Origin: Fibrobacteria bacterium | Lineage (GTDB): Bacteria; Fibrobacterota; Fibrobacteria; UBA11236 | DNA length: 51,498 nt | Reading direction: 5' to 3' | NCBI GenBank assembly: GCA_041746255.1 | Contig: JBGTHM010000018.1 | Coordinates: forward strand, 1 to 51,498 | In this document: piece by piece, positions 1-10,199 of the stretch | How the letters are laid out: every line of letters begins with the position of its first letter | Numbering within the stretch: position 1 is the first letter of the stretch | The notes under the pieces: model-generated | Databases searched by the model: none | Told to the model about the DNA's origin: nothing | The model's input: the letters and a program-made list of their open reading frames with translations, nothing else | Position numbers and translations under genes: made by a program

Positions 1-198
1 CGACTGCGGGTGGCCTTGGATGTGGGAAAATGGTTTAGCCAAGTGGATATCGGAAACTGTCTGGACAAAGGTGATCTAAAACTGGATGCGCAGGGTAACT
101 TGCAGGTGGATACCATAAACAGCTGCGGCGAATTGGAAAAAGATTTGAAGACCGCCATCAAATCTTCGGGGCGCTTCGAAAAGGTAACGGATTTATAA
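1..198 (+). CDS. 3' end of a hypothetical protein (truncated by window start)
   Basis: Frame open from base 1 to TAA at 196-198; no recognisable motif. Confidence 0.55.
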   Translation, partial: RLRVALDVGKWFSQVDIGNCLDKGDLKLDAQGNLQVDTINSCGELEKDLKTAIKSSGRFEKVTDL

Positions 199-226
199 TC
201 CGGAAATAGCTGACTCGCTTCTTTCC

Positions 227-859
227 CTACCCCACTTTGCGGGCCACCTGTATTCCGTCACGCACCGAAAGCAGTACGTTTTCCACGCGCGCGTCGCGAG
301 CCAGCATGCCGTTCAATTTATGGATAGCCCTGGCTTCTTCGTCCTGGGGATTTAACACCGCGCCGCCCCATAGGGTATTGTCGAATATCAAGAGTCCGCC
401 GGCTTTTACCTTATCTATGATGGCGTCAAAATAGGCGGGATAGTTTTCCTTATCCGCGTCCACGAAAATCAGGTCGAACGGCCCGGGAAGATGTGAGATG
501 GTTTGCAGCGCGGGCCCCATGCGGATTTCGATTTTTCTACCCAAAGGGCTGGCCTCGATGTATTTACGGGCAAAAGCTTCGGCTTGCGGATCGATTTCAC
601 AAGTAATCACGCTGCCGTCATCCGGTATTCCCTCTGCCATGCACAATGCGGAATAGCCGGTAAAGGTGCCTACTTCCAGGATATGGCGCGCGCCTATCAA
701 CTGCGCCAGCATTTTGAGGAGGCGCCCCTCTACGCGCCCCGTCAGCATGCGAGCCCCGGGCATCTTTTCCCGGGTATCTCGCGCGAGGCGCTGAAGCAAA
801 TCGGATTCCGGGCGGGTATGGGCCTCCGCGTATGCTTCCAATTTCTCATCAACAACCAT
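227..859 (-). CDS. SAM-dependent O-methyltransferase (caffeoyl-CoA OMT / Methyltransf_3 family)
   Basis: Motifs LEVGTFTGYS, FDLIFVDADKENY and DNTLW. Start set to the ATG at 859, which follows an AAGGAGG Shine-Dalgarno. Confidence 0.9.
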   Translation of the reverse strand: MVVDEKLEAYAEAHTRPESDLLQRLARDTREKMPGARMLTGRVEGRLLKMLAQLIGARHILEVGTFTGYSALCMAEGIPDDGSVITCEIDPQAEAFARKYIEASPLGRKIEIRMGPALQTISHLPGPFDLIFVDADKENYPAYFDAIIDKVKAGGLLIFDNTLWGGAVLNPQDEEARAIHKLNGMLARDARVENVLLSVRDGIQVARKVG

Positions 860-941
860 GGGGTAATCCTCCTTGAAAGGAAAATAAATTGTTTCCGGAG
901 GGGTGGGGTAATTTCCAGGTAAGCAGCCGGTGGGATAGGGC

Positions 942-1301
942 CTATAGGAACCGACGGTATTCACATTTCAAGGCTTTGCCAAGCTTTTGAGCTGAAACCT
1001 TTCCAATACCACGCTTGGCGTTCTCCATGGCCGAAAGATGCGATTCCGCAATGCCGGCTTTCTCCGAAAGTTCTGCCAGCGTAAGGCCCGCATTATCCCG
1101 GTATGCACGCAGGGCCTTGCCTGGCGTCAGCTTGGCCGATATCCCCTTGTACCAACTGGTTTCCGTGATATCAACGGTCTCTCCGCTATCCGGCTCAATG
1201 CGGACGTCCTTGTAGGTCCGACGAAGCAGATTGGCGACTTGGCGCGCCCCTCGTCCGCTGATGCGTACGTCAATACGGGGCGCTTTGGCGTGAACCAACA
1301 T
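942..1301 (-). CDS. XRE-family HTH antitoxin (HigA-like)
   Basis: C-terminal HTH (LRAYRDNAGLTLAELSEKAGIAESHLSAMENAKR); GAGGTG SD before the ATG at 1301; lies directly downstream of, and overlaps, a RelE-like gene. Confidence 0.8.
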   Translation of the reverse strand: MLVHAKAPRIDVRISGRGARQVANLLRRTYKDVRIEPDSGETVDITETSWYKGISAKLTPGKALRAYRDNAGLTLAELSEKAGIAESHLSAMENAKRGIGKVSAQKLGKALKCEYRRFL

Positions 1302-1536
1302 AATACACCTCAATGGTTATCGTTTCCTTTTCATAGGTCCAGCAAGCCACATAGCTATAGTTCAAGTGGCAGTGGTATTTATCCTTGCCTAACTTACTGT
1401 AGTTCGGCCACCTTGCCTGGACCGGACCCTTTTCGATTAGATCTTCAACCAAAAAGCGGAACTTCTCCTGGATTAGAAGAGGTAACTTCGGCAGTTTTTT
1501 CAGCTCCCGCTTTGTAATTCGGACCTTATGGGCCAT
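1270..1536 (-). CDS. RelE/HigB-superfamily toxin
   Basis: 88-aa basic protein with RelE-like pattern (V.ITKR..K.L.KLP...; YHCHL...Y...W...I.VYYVGSR); toxin-before-antitoxin order typical of higBA. Confidence 0.75.
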   Translation of the reverse strand: MAHKVRITKRELKKLPKLPLLIQEKFRFLVEDLIEKGPVQARWPNYSKLGKDKYHCHLNYSYVACWTYEKETITIEVYYVGSRQSAPY

Positions 1537-1543
1537 ATTCTAT

Positions 1544-1572
1544 AACTTACCACTTTTGGTAAGCCTTGTCCA
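1544..1572 (-). promoter_or_regulatory. sigma70 promoter with overlapping palindromic operator for the TA operon
   Basis: Minus strand reads TGGACA-17 bp-(TGn)TAAGTT-7 nt-ATG. The palindrome CTTACCA-N4-TGGTAAG (1546-1563) overlaps the spacer and -10 box. Confidence 0.7.
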
Positions 1573-1719
1573 GGAGTATTATTGGTTTTGCAAGGCCTTC
1601 GTGGTCCACGGTTCGGAGTGAGAGGCCACAGGTGCCGGAGTCGTAGAATGTGGAGTGCAACCTCTCAACCCGGAGACGCTGGAACGATTTTCAAATCTGG
1701 CTTTAAAAGGGAATAGCCA

Positions 1720-2175
1720 TTACAATTCCCGGTTTTTACTGTCCAAAATCAGGGTAACCGGACCGTCATTGACGAGGGACACTTCCATATGCGCCCCGAA
1801 TTCGCCGGTAGGCACCGGGCGACCCGATTCCTTTTCCAATTCCGCGCGCAATCGCTCAAAGAGCGGAACGGCGGCTTCCGGAGGAGCCGAGCGGGTAAAA
1901 GAGGGGCGATTGCCTTTGGACAGGGTTCCGTAAAGGGTGAATTGGCTGATGAGCAGAATATCCCCGCCGATATCACCCAGGGAAAGGTCCATTTGCCCCG
2001 CTTCATTGGGGAAAATACGCAAGGAGACGATTTTGCGAGCCAGCCATTGGGCATCTTCCAATTCGTCCTGGCTGCTCACCGCGGCGAAAACCAGCAGCCC
2101 GGCGGAAATGCTTCCCAGGGTCTTTTCGCCAACCGTTACAGAAGCGCGGGACACTCGCTGAACCAATCCTCTCAT
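1720..2175 (-). CDS. dtd: D-aminoacyl-tRNA deacylase
   Basis: MRGLVQRV start, SQFTL motif, GEFGAHMEVSLVNDGPVT. Confidence 0.97.
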   Translation of the reverse strand: MRGLVQRVSRASVTVGEKTLGSISAGLLVFAAVSSQDELEDAQWLARKIVSLRIFPNEAGQMDLSLGDIGGDILLISQFTLYGTLSKGNRPSFTRSAPPEAAVPLFERLRAELEKESGRPVPTGEFGAHMEVSLVNDGPVTLILDSKNREL

Positions 2176-2480
2176 GGCTTGGGAGTGGAATCGGACGAAG
2201 TATTCCCGGAGGTACCCATCTCGTCAACCAAGGTTTCACCCATGATGGAAAGCATTTTCGCGCGCTTTTCGGGAGACATCGATTCGAGCTTACGCAGCAT
2301 CAATTCTTTGGCTTCGTCTTGAACCTGCATACCCGCGTCACTTTTAGGACCGGGTTGGCGGGCGGCGGAGTCCAAATCTCCACAGGCGGCTATTACGAAG
2401 CCGACCAGGAGGAAGAAAAGGGCGCGGCGAGGCCGCCGCACCCTTCGGGAAATCGAATTTAGAAACGAGCTTTCACCCAT
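2172..2480 (-). CDS. hypothetical lipoprotein
   Basis: Basic N-terminus, hydrophobic stretch and lipobox-like IAAC; overlaps both eno and dtd in an operon-like manner. Confidence 0.55.
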   Translation of the reverse strand: MGESSFLNSISRRVRRPRRALFFLLVGFVIAACGDLDSAARQPGPKSDAGMQVQDEAKELMLRKLESMSPEKRAKMLSIMGETLVDEMGTSGNTSSDSTPKP

Positions 2481-3745
2481 TTGGCGTCAGCCCCCAATTC
2501 GGATTCGATTCGCAATAATTGATTGTACTTGGCCACGCGGTCGGTACGGCTGAGAGAGCCCGTCTTGATTTGGCCTGCGGCCGTGCCCACGGCCAGGTCG
2601 GCTATAAAGCTGTCTTCGGTTTCGCCGGAGCGATGGGAAATGACGGCTCCGAACCCGGCCTTTTGCGCCATGGAAATGGTTTCCAGCGTTTCGCTGAGGG
2701 TTCCGATTTGATTCACCTTCACCAGTACGGAATTTCCGATTTTCTGATCGATTCCGCGCTTGAGAATGGCGGGGTTGGTCACGAAAAGGTCGTCACCCAC
2801 CAATTGCACCCTGCCGCCGATGGCATCGGTGAGAAGCTTCCACCCGTCCCAGTCATGCTGGTCCATGCCGTCTTCGATGGAGTAGATGGGATAAGCCGAA
2901 CATAACTCGGAATACATGTCCACCATTTGCTGGGCCGAGAAGGCTTCGCCCGTCGACTTATGCAGAATATACTTGTTCTTGGCTTTATCAAAAAATTCGC
3001 TGGAGGCCACGTCCAGCGCGACTTTCACCTGCGAGCCGGGTTTATATCCGGCATCCTCGATGGATTTCATGATGGAGTCGAGAGCGTCTTTCGTGCCTTT
3101 GAGGGTGGGCGCGAAACCGCCTTCGTCGCCTACGGCGGTGGAATAGCCGCCTTTTTTGAGATGGGCTTTGAGAGCATGGAAGATTTCCGTCGACATACGC
3201 AAACCTTCGGAGAAGCTTTCAGCGCCTACGGGAGCGATCATGAACTCTTGAAAATCGATGGGCGCGTCGGAATGGGCGCCGCCGTTGATGATATTGCACA
3301 TGGGAAGCGGCAAGACGAAATTGGAATTGCCGGCCAACTTGCCGAGGTATTTGTACAGGGGGATTTTCTGATCGGCCGCAGCGGCCCGGGAAATGGCCAT
3401 GGAGCAGCCAAGCAGGGCATTGGCGCCCAGCTTTCCCTTATTGGGCGTACCGTCGAGTTCGCGCATCAAATCGTCGAGTTGCTTTTGCTGGCTGGGATCT
3501 TTACCTACCAGCGCTTGCTGTAAGGACGAGTTCACATTTTCGACCGCTTTGAGTACGCCTTTACCGAGGTAAGCGTTTTTATCGCCGTCACGCAATTCCA
3601 CGGCTTCGAGTTCGCCGGTGGAAGCTCCGGAAGGAACCGCAGCCCTTCCCAAAACGCCATTGTCCAAAATGACGTCCACTTCGACCGTGGGGTTGCCCCG
3701 CGAATCCAGGATTTGCCGACCGATTACCTTTTTGATTACTGCCAT
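2459..3745 (-). CDS. eno: enolase
   Basis: [44 protein letters not shown]. Confidence 0.99.
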   Translation of the reverse strand: MAVIKKVIGRQILDSRGNPTVEVDVILDNGVLGRAAVPSGASTGELEAVELRDGDKNAYLGKGVLKAVENVNSSLQQALVGKDPSQQKQLDDLMRELDGTPNKGKLGANALLGCSMAISRAAAADQKIPLYKYLGKLAGNSNFVLPLPMCNIINGGAHSDAPIDFQEFMIAPVGAESFSEGLRMSTEIFHALKAHLKKGGYSTAVGDEGGFAPTLKGTKDALDSIMKSIEDAGYKPGSQVKVALDVASSEFFDKAKNKYILHKSTGEAFSAQQMVDMYSELCSAYPIYSIEDGMDQHDWDGWKLLTDAIGGRVQLVGDDLFVTNPAILKRGIDQKIGNSVLVKVNQIGTLSETLETISMAQKAGFGAVISHRSGETEDSFIADLAVGTAAGQIKTGSLSRTDRVAKYNQLLRIESELGADAKWVKARF

Positions 3746-3861
3746 TGACTCACTCCATAAAAGAAAATTTTGAGCCCGAAAGATACCAAAATGGCCCCGG
3801 GTTTAAAGCGCCGGACTGCTTCGGGATGCATTCCTATCCCCGTCCTTTGTACTATTCCAGC

Positions 3862-4560
3862 ATGTTCTCGCGCCTTCTCCCCTGGCTTTGCCGGTTGTCC
3901 GTCCCATTTCTCGCATTGGCTTTATATTCGGCGGGAACGGAAGCTTGGGCCGCTACGCTGTCCCAGGGCCTCAACCTGAGTCATTTGTGGCATCCCCATG
4001 CCCTGGCGTTCGCAGGCGGACTGGGTTTCCGATATGTGGTTTCCGCCGGTATGAACCGCCTAAGCCGATCCGATCCATTGGAATTCATTGATACCTTGGA
4101 ACACGAACTCACGCATGTTCTAGCCGGATATTTAACCTTGGCGCCCCCATTGGCCTTGAAAGCGACGCTAAAAAAAGGAGGAGAAGTGCAGTTGCGCGGC
4201 GCCAACCCCCTTGCGGCCCTCGCCCCTTATTTTTTGCCGCTGTGGTGCCTCATCTTGCTGGCCTTGGGCGCGGTCGTCACAGCGGAATTGCAATCGGTTT
4301 GGAGCCTGACGATTCTGTTTTTTCTGGGCTGGTACCTGTTTCGGCTCGGGGGGGAATTCCGCTTCCATCAAACCGATTTATTGATGTATGGCCGTCTGTT
4401 CTCCACGCTTTTCACCGCATTGGGTTTGTTGCTTTCAGTGGGAATCATCCTGCATTTCCGCGATATGCTGCCGTTGACGTGGATGGCGAATATTCCCAGC
4501 CGTAGTTTGGAAAACTTTTCTGCGCTACTTACGTGGAGCGGACTTCAATCCACGCTCTAG
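3862..4560 (+). CDS. M50B-like intramembrane metallopeptidase
   Basis: HELTH (HExxH) motif, ALAPYF, several TM segments; start set to the ATG at 3862. Confidence 0.7.
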   Translation: MFSRLLPWLCRLSVPFLALALYSAGTEAWAATLSQGLNLSHLWHPHALAFAGGLGFRYVVSAGMNRLSRSDPLEFIDTLEHELTHVLAGYLTLAPPLALKATLKKGGEVQLRGANPLAALAPYFLPLWCLILLALGAVVTAELQSVWSLTILFFLGWYLFRLGGEFRFHQTDLLMYGRLFSTLFTALGLLLSVGIILHFRDMLPLTWMANIPSRSLENFSALLTWSGLQSTL

Positions 4561-5636
4561 AACGCCTGACCGAAGTCAATGTAAATACCTGCACCCGAGG
4601 CCGAAAAGCCCAGGTCGCCCCGCAGCACGGCCGCCCGGCGGCCCAAAACCAGTCGTCCTCCTATTCCACCGGAAATGTGCAGGCGCGCTTGCGAAGCATC
4701 GGCAAAACTCTCCCCGACACGCCCCGATTCCGCGAACACGGCTGCTTGCCAGGTGTTCACCCGTTCCGGTAAAGGCATTTCAAATTGATAACGCAATTCG
4801 GTTTGCACGGCTTGGGCGCTGCGATCACGTAGTCGCTTGCGCGTTACCCCACGCATCAGCCTTTTGTCGCCCAAGTGGGGAAGTTCGTAAAAGGGAGGGC
4901 TACCCATAACCGATTGCTGGAATAGCTTGGCAGCAACCTCGAATCCACCCCCAAAGTGGGAATAGGCGGCCACCCAGGATTCATGCCATCCATAACGGAA
5001 ATCGGTGGAAAAAAGTGAATGCCCCGCTTTCTGTCCCGCATACCATCCTTGCCGCGCCGCCTTTTCTTGATCGCGCGAATCCCACTCCAAACTCAGGCTC
5101 CATAAATCGTTTACGCCGCCCGAACTCTGTGACACTCCGTGAGGAAAGACCCCCGATGGCCATGGTTCCAGCGACCGGACTTTACGAATGTCGACCCACT
5201 GCGCATATCCGGAACCTTTAAGGTAAAGGGAACTCCACATCCGTTGTTCCCAGGTTTCCCGCAACCGTCCCCCCCGCGGATGGTAGATCACTTCGTCCCT
5301 GGCTTCGGGCGCATTACCCTGACCGAAAAAGCTTTCGGGATAAGCGAAGAAATGTCCTTCACTGCGCAAGGCTGAGTTTCCACCGATAATTCCGCCGCGG
5401 AGGTGTTCCACCTTCATTTCCCATTGACCCTTGGTGGTGAGGTAAAAATGCAGGTCCCAGGCATGCGACGGAACGGACGATGGAACCGGTGACGGAGTGT
5501 TCACATATTTGAGTCCGGCGCCTACTCCATTCTCCGGATTCACCATTAAAATGGGAATCACCAGCCAGGTGCGCTCCGTGGCGGATAATTGCAGAGGATG
5601 AAAAAACGCCGCAAAGAGCGCAAATACCGCTCTCAT
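4557..5636 (-). CDS. BamA/TamA (Omp85)-family outer-membrane beta-barrel protein without obvious POTRA domains
   Basis: Signal peptide MRAVFALFAAFF; WDSRD, LG...MRG, and C-terminal GIYIDFGQAF. Confidence 0.75.
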   Translation of the reverse strand: MRAVFALFAAFFHPLQLSATERTWLVIPILMVNPENGVGAGLKYVNTPSPVPSSVPSHAWDLHFYLTTKGQWEMKVEHLRGGIIGGNSALRSEGHFFAYPESFFGQGNAPEARDEVIYHPRGGRLRETWEQRMWSSLYLKGSGYAQWVDIRKVRSLEPWPSGVFPHGVSQSSGGVNDLWSLSLEWDSRDQEKAARQGWYAGQKAGHSLFSTDFRYGWHESWVAAYSHFGGGFEVAAKLFQQSVMGSPPFYELPHLGDKRLMRGVTRKRLRDRSAQAVQTELRYQFEMPLPERVNTWQAAVFAESGRVGESFADASQARLHISGGIGGRLVLGRRAAVLRGDLGFSASGAGIYIDFGQAF

Positions 5637-5699
5637 CCCTGAAAAAAATCTTCCCCGTCCGTGCTCGCCTCTCACTGGCATAGATGCTAATTTAAAGCC

Positions 5700-6791
5700 A
5701 TGCCCAATTCCACTCTCTGGATAAGATTTACACGCGAAGCGTGGCATTTCCCGCGCGTCGCCTGGATGATTTTGCCTTTGCTTTTCAGCGCCAAGGCCAT
5801 TTTGTCCAAAGAGGTGGAAACGCCGCGGGGAGAAATGCGGGCCGCTACCCAAGCCGATTTGCGCCCACAGCCTGCCGACAGTAAAACTTTTAACGAATTC
5901 TGGACTTATCATTTCCTGCTCGACGGCGACATGCAAATCTTCCTAAACTTTTCGCGCGCTAATTTGGGCAATTTCAAATCCCCCGTTTGCGGCGCCGACA
6001 TGTCCATTCTGGGTTTCCATGGTAAAAACTACGTCGTCGCCCGCGAATACCCCAAGGACAACCTTATTTTTGAAGAAATGCATGGGAAACTTAGCGTCCA
6101 TCAAAATATCTGGTTCAAAGGCAAACTTCCCCATGCCCAACAGGTTTATTTCGAAAGCGAAAAAAACGGCGTCCATTACCTGCTCGATTTACACCTAAGC
6201 CAAATCAGCGAAGGGCGGGTTTGGGGCGATGGAGTTTTCCGGATGGGCGGGCACGACCAAATTGGCCTTTTCATCCATATACCTTACGCCCGGGTTACCG
6301 GAACCGTGGCCTTGAACGGCGACACCGTAAAAGTCAACGGCACCGTTTATATGGATCATACTTTCCAAACGGATTTCGCGCCCGCCCTGGTCAAGCGAGG
6401 CTATCGTTATGTTTCGCATTCTACTCCGCTGGAAGTGGGATATTACCTGAGCGGATCTTCCGATTATAAGGGCGCGGTGTTCGGATACGGCCTCCGGAAA
6501 ATGGGTGAAAAATTCGAACTCCTTCAGCCGAGCGAGTATCGCATTTTGGATGAAAAGAAAATCCGGGGCGCCTCGGTTGCCACCCGTCTGGAAATCAGTT
6601 ACCTCGGCCAGGCTCCCGCATTGCTGGAGCAGGTTTCGCATAAACAACGGCTGTCGGTATTGAATGAATTCAGTGGACTCACCAAATTCGCGGTTAAGAA
6701 ATTCATGGGCGGAGAAATCATTTCTTATAAGGGGCTGGGTAAATTGAACACCTCCCGGCCTATGCTCTACAATTACTTCGTGGTGGATTGA
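5700..6791 (+). CDS. secreted AttH/CrtC/Svf1-like lipocalin-fold protein
   Basis: NEFWTY near the N-terminus and GTVALNGDTVKVNGTVYMDH resemble AttH-like motifs; signal-like hydrophobic segment. Confidence 0.55.
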   Translation: MPNSTLWIRFTREAWHFPRVAWMILPLLFSAKAILSKEVETPRGEMRAATQADLRPQPADSKTFNEFWTYHFLLDGDMQIFLNFSRANLGNFKSPVCGADMSILGFHGKNYVVAREYPKDNLIFEEMHGKLSVHQNIWFKGKLPHAQQVYFESEKNGVHYLLDLHLSQISEGRVWGDGVFRMGGHDQIGLFIHIPYARVTGTVALNGDTVKVNGTVYMDHTFQTDFAPALVKRGYRYVSHSTPLEVGYYLSGSSDYKGAVFGYGLRKMGEKFELLQPSEYRILDEKKIRGASVATRLEISYLGQAPALLEQVSHKQRLSVLNEFSGLTKFAVKKFMGGEIISYKGLGKLNTSRPMLYNYFVVD

Positions 6792-6852
6792 CGCATGGCC
6801 TTTGCCCGCCCCGCATTTACCTTGGCGGAACCAAGACGCGTACCCGTAAATT

Positions 6853-7884
6853 TCAATCTTCCGAGAGTACCGGACGCATGAGTGAAATACCTTCTTTCGA
6901 ACCAAACCAAACGTCGCGGTTGCGGCCCGGCAATACGCTGTAAACGTAAATAGTGCGTATGCCTCCGCCCGTATTCACCCGGGTGTAGGTTTTCCAAGCC
7001 GTCCCGTCATAATAGGCGGCTCCGCCCTTCATCGCCATCCACACGCCACCCGCCGAATCGGCGACCAAATCGTAGACTTGTTCCACTCCGATTGGGCCCA
7101 GGGCGGCATCGTTGCTGAAACCGGTCCATTTGCCTTTGCGATTGCGGGCCACCCCTTTGTAGGTGCCCACCCATACATCGCCATTGGGCGCGATCATGAT
7201 TTTTGTGATGCGATTATGCGGAAGTTGTTCACGGGTGGAAGATTGGGTATGGGTTTCCCAAGTAGCCCCGGAAAACCGCACCAATCCCGCTATCGTGCCT
7301 ATCCATTTATCGCCGGCTGAATCCACCGCTATGGCCGTAGTCATTTTATTGGGAAGTCGGCCTGATACCATTTCTCCCGAATAGGGCGTCCAGACATTTC
7401 CCCGCAGCACGGCGAATCCATTGCGGGTTGCGAACCAATATTCCCGGTCTCTCCAGACGGCGATCGCAGACACCGAATTGTCCGGTAAACCCTTGTTGGT
7501 ACTTTCGAGCGTATGCCGGGTCCATCTTCCATCCGCATAATGACTCACTCCCCCGCCATCGGTGCCTACCCATAAGTCGGTGTTCATTCCGATGGCCAAA
7601 CTGGTAATCACATCAGACCCCAAGCCTCCGTCGGTAGACTTCGAGGTGAAAATCTCCCAATCCTGGATAGCCGAAAGGCGGGTAAGGCCACCTGGAGTAC
7701 CGAACCATTTATTGCCCTGGTTATCCATGGTAATGGCCATGACTTCGGGATGGGGAATCCGGCTCAAATCCTGAATGGTCCAGGTATACCGGGGTTGCGC
7801 CTTGACGGTGAATGATGCCGCCAGGCAGAAAATAAGCGTAAGCAAGGCACGGCGTAAGAAATTTAAAGTAAGGGGATACGGCAT
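6853..7884 (-). CDS. secreted beta-propeller protein (Reg_prop / two-component regulator propeller repeats)
   Basis: Repeated LP.N.V.aI..D..G..WfGT..Gl blades, signal peptide, GGAGG SD before the ATG at 7884. Confidence 0.8.
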   Translation of the reverse strand: MPYPLTLNFLRRALLTLIFCLAASFTVKAQPRYTWTIQDLSRIPHPEVMAITMDNQGNKWFGTPGGLTRLSAIQDWEIFTSKSTDGGLGSDVITSLAIGMNTDLWVGTDGGGVSHYADGRWTRHTLESTNKGLPDNSVSAIAVWRDREYWFATRNGFAVLRGNVWTPYSGEMVSGRLPNKMTTAIAVDSAGDKWIGTIAGLVRFSGATWETHTQSSTREQLPHNRITKIMIAPNGDVWVGTYKGVARNRKGKWTGFSNDAALGPIGVEQVYDLVADSAGGVWMAMKGGAAYYDGTAWKTYTRVNTGGGIRTIYVYSVLPGRNRDVWFGSKEGISLMRPVLSED

Positions 7885-8000
7885 GATTACGCCTCCTCGA
7901 GGGAATGGAACACCTGGACAGGGAGTGCATGGAAAAATGTACAAATTATGCCTAGCGGATTTCGAATCCCAGTGCGGGAGGGGCGGATCAGGGTCGGTTG

Positions 8001-10166
8001 CTAATAAACACTAAGACCTTGGAATAACACGACTTGCCGGGTCGCTCGCCACCACTGGGAGTAATTGATGATTAAGGCCTGTCCTAACGCCGGGTTGTGC
8101 ACGAAGAGGTTTCCCGTACCGTCCGAATAGGCGACAACCTCGCGCCTGGGATAGGTTTGGGTAACCAGCATGGGAATGGCTGCTCCCGCCAAATCCATGC
8201 GCGGCCAGAGCAGGGGGTACAAGCGTCGCGGGGAAGTTTTATCGGCGGATGGCTCAGTCCAGGGGAAACGGAAGGGCAGCAAGGTTACCGGAGGCAGCAT
8301 CGCCGGGGCCAACGCGGACATCACTTTTTCGATTCCCTGGGTGCGCGGGCCGTACCGGGAGTTGAGCTTGATTTCATCACCGGAAAAGGTGCGATAGACA
8401 TGCCGGTGACCGAATCCACGGTCTTTTTGTCCGGCCAATGTCACGGAACGAAGCGCCTCCAGCGAATTCACCCGCCCCGTATCCACAACCTCCACCGTTC
8501 CCAGGGCATACCGCGTCCACCAACGCTTCCAAAAGGTGTCTCGGCGCTTAAGGCGACCCAACACCACATACACGCCTTGCGCAGGGAGATGGTAAAAGCG
8601 AAAATCGAAGTCGCGGGTTTTGTCCGTATAAGTCGGCCGCCATCCCTGCGGTATGGAGTGAGGCCAAGCGTGAAGCGGCTCATGGACGCGGGCATAGCCA
8701 AAAGCGAAATTCTCATGCAAGGCGAGATTGTTGTCACGCCATTGCCTTCCCCTGAAATGCAGAACATCATTCAAGTTTCGCGGAAGGGTTTGGGAGGGAC
8801 GGATTAGCGCGGTGGTTGAACGCGATACCACGTCATAAACCCAGGGCGCCTCCCGCAATCCGGATTGATAAGTGGGAAAATTGCGCCCCTCGAAACCCTG
8901 GTATTTTCCACCCGCCGACAACAGGAAATTCGGAGACGTGAAATATTTTTCGGAGGTGGTCTGCCAATGGCTTCCCGCACGAAATCGTAAACGGCTTTCG
9001 AAGAGGTAATCGCCGCGTTTACCGCGCATATAATCCATGATCGCGTCGGGAACACGGTATTTCAAGTTCACCGACCAGAGCGCCAGCGAAGCGTGTGCCC
9101 AGTTTTGCTTCCACAGCTCGGTAAAAGGCCACAACTCATCCGGTTCCAGGCCCTGAGCCGCAAAAAAGCTGCAGGTGGCGTCGCTGGATATTAGGGAGCT
9201 ATCCAGGAATTTTTCGGAAGAGCGGCGATAAGGCGGATACCGGATAAAGTCCATGCTCTGAAAGGCAAAAACGGCCGAGACATAGTCCAGAAGGCTACCC
9301 GCGGCTGCTTGTAAATTTTCATCTCGGGCGAAACTATAGAGGTTGGCCAGTGCGTGCAGGGTGAAGCGTTGGTAGATTTGCGCGTTGAACTCGAAAAATC
9401 CATTGCGCATGATTTGATGCATGAGCCCCATCAACAAGCGGTGAACCTGGCCTTTATCATTATGGATTTCGAATCCGGATTCAATCAGTGCGGTTCGCAA
9501 TACCGCCAGGGTGGGCAAATCCCGCGAGTTGCGCCAGATGAAACCATTGGTGAGGTAACGGGCGCTTTCCGTCATGAACAAATGGTTTTCCGTTTCCGGA
9601 AAACTCAGGAAAAACACCTCGAAATTCATTTTGGGGGTCTGGCCCCACAGGCGGATAACCCGGCGGATAAGGTGGATAAAGGTCTCGTCCGTGAGGAGAA
9701 GGCGATCCTCTTCGAAGAGTCCCAGCAAGGATACGCAGCCCAATAGGGCCATGTCGAAATCGCCGCTTGTGTAACCCGGTATAGGGAGACTGGTGCCGAC
9801 ATCGCTCAAGGCGGAGATATCGCCACCCACCACGTAATTTTCCAGCTCCAAGCCGATTTTCCGTTTCAGGGCCGCATCCGAATTCCGATGCTCGGACAAC
9901 AACGCCACCCATTCCTGGAAAACATGTTTACCGGCATGGCGCCGGGTCCAGGGATGCACTCCTCCGTTTCTCTCAATGCGATCAAGCCATAAGTTCCGAA
10001 TGGTTGGCGAATTGTCGCGGGCGTTTTTTTCGGCTAAAGCGGATGTCGCCTCGGGAGCGACTGCGGTTAATTCTGCAGCAGGCAAAACCTGAAAACCCAC
10101 CCCTAAAATTATCAAGGAGGGAGCGATAATCCCCCAACTCTTGCATCGCATTCGCATTGCACCCAT
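8001..10166 (-). CDS. large secreted hypothetical protein (possibly heparinase II/III- or lyase-like fold)
   Basis: 721-aa ORF with signal-like N-terminus; ETENH and GFFEFNAQIY..F.LHAL.NLYSFA segments; start uncertain. Confidence 0.6.
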   Translation of the reverse strand: MGAMRMRCKSWGIIAPSLIILGVGFQVLPAAELTAVAPEATSALAEKNARDNSPTIRNLWLDRIERNGGVHPWTRRHAGKHVFQEWVALLSEHRNSDAALKRKIGLELENYVVGGDISALSDVGTSLPIPGYTSGDFDMALLGCVSLLGLFEEDRLLLTDETFIHLIRRVIRLWGQTPKMNFEVFFLSFPETENHLFMTESARYLTNGFIWRNSRDLPTLAVLRTALIESGFEIHNDKGQVHRLLMGLMHQIMRNGFFEFNAQIYQRFTLHALANLYSFARDENLQAAAGSLLDYVSAVFAFQSMDFIRYPPYRRSSEKFLDSSLISSDATCSFFAAQGLEPDELWPFTELWKQNWAHASLALWSVNLKYRVPDAIMDYMRGKRGDYLFESRLRFRAGSHWQTTSEKYFTSPNFLLSAGGKYQGFEGRNFPTYQSGLREAPWVYDVVSRSTTALIRPSQTLPRNLNDVLHFRGRQWRDNNLALHENFAFGYARVHEPLHAWPHSIPQGWRPTYTDKTRDFDFRFYHLPAQGVYVVLGRLKRRDTFWKRWWTRYALGTVEVVDTGRVNSLEALRSVTLAGQKDRGFGHRHVYRTFSGDEIKLNSRYGPRTQGIEKVMSALAPAMLPPVTLLPFRFPWTEPSADKTSPRRLYPLLWPRMDLAGAAIPMLVTQTYPRREVVAYSDGTGNLFVHNPALGQALIINYSQWWRATRQVVLFQGLSVY

Positions 10167-10199
10167 TTTCGCATAAAATACCTAACCACGAGGCGGGAA

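Noticed and set aside
2172..2480. ftsB, which often follows eno
   Set aside because: Has a lipobox-like Cys and lacks the FtsB coiled coil and conserved C-terminal motif.
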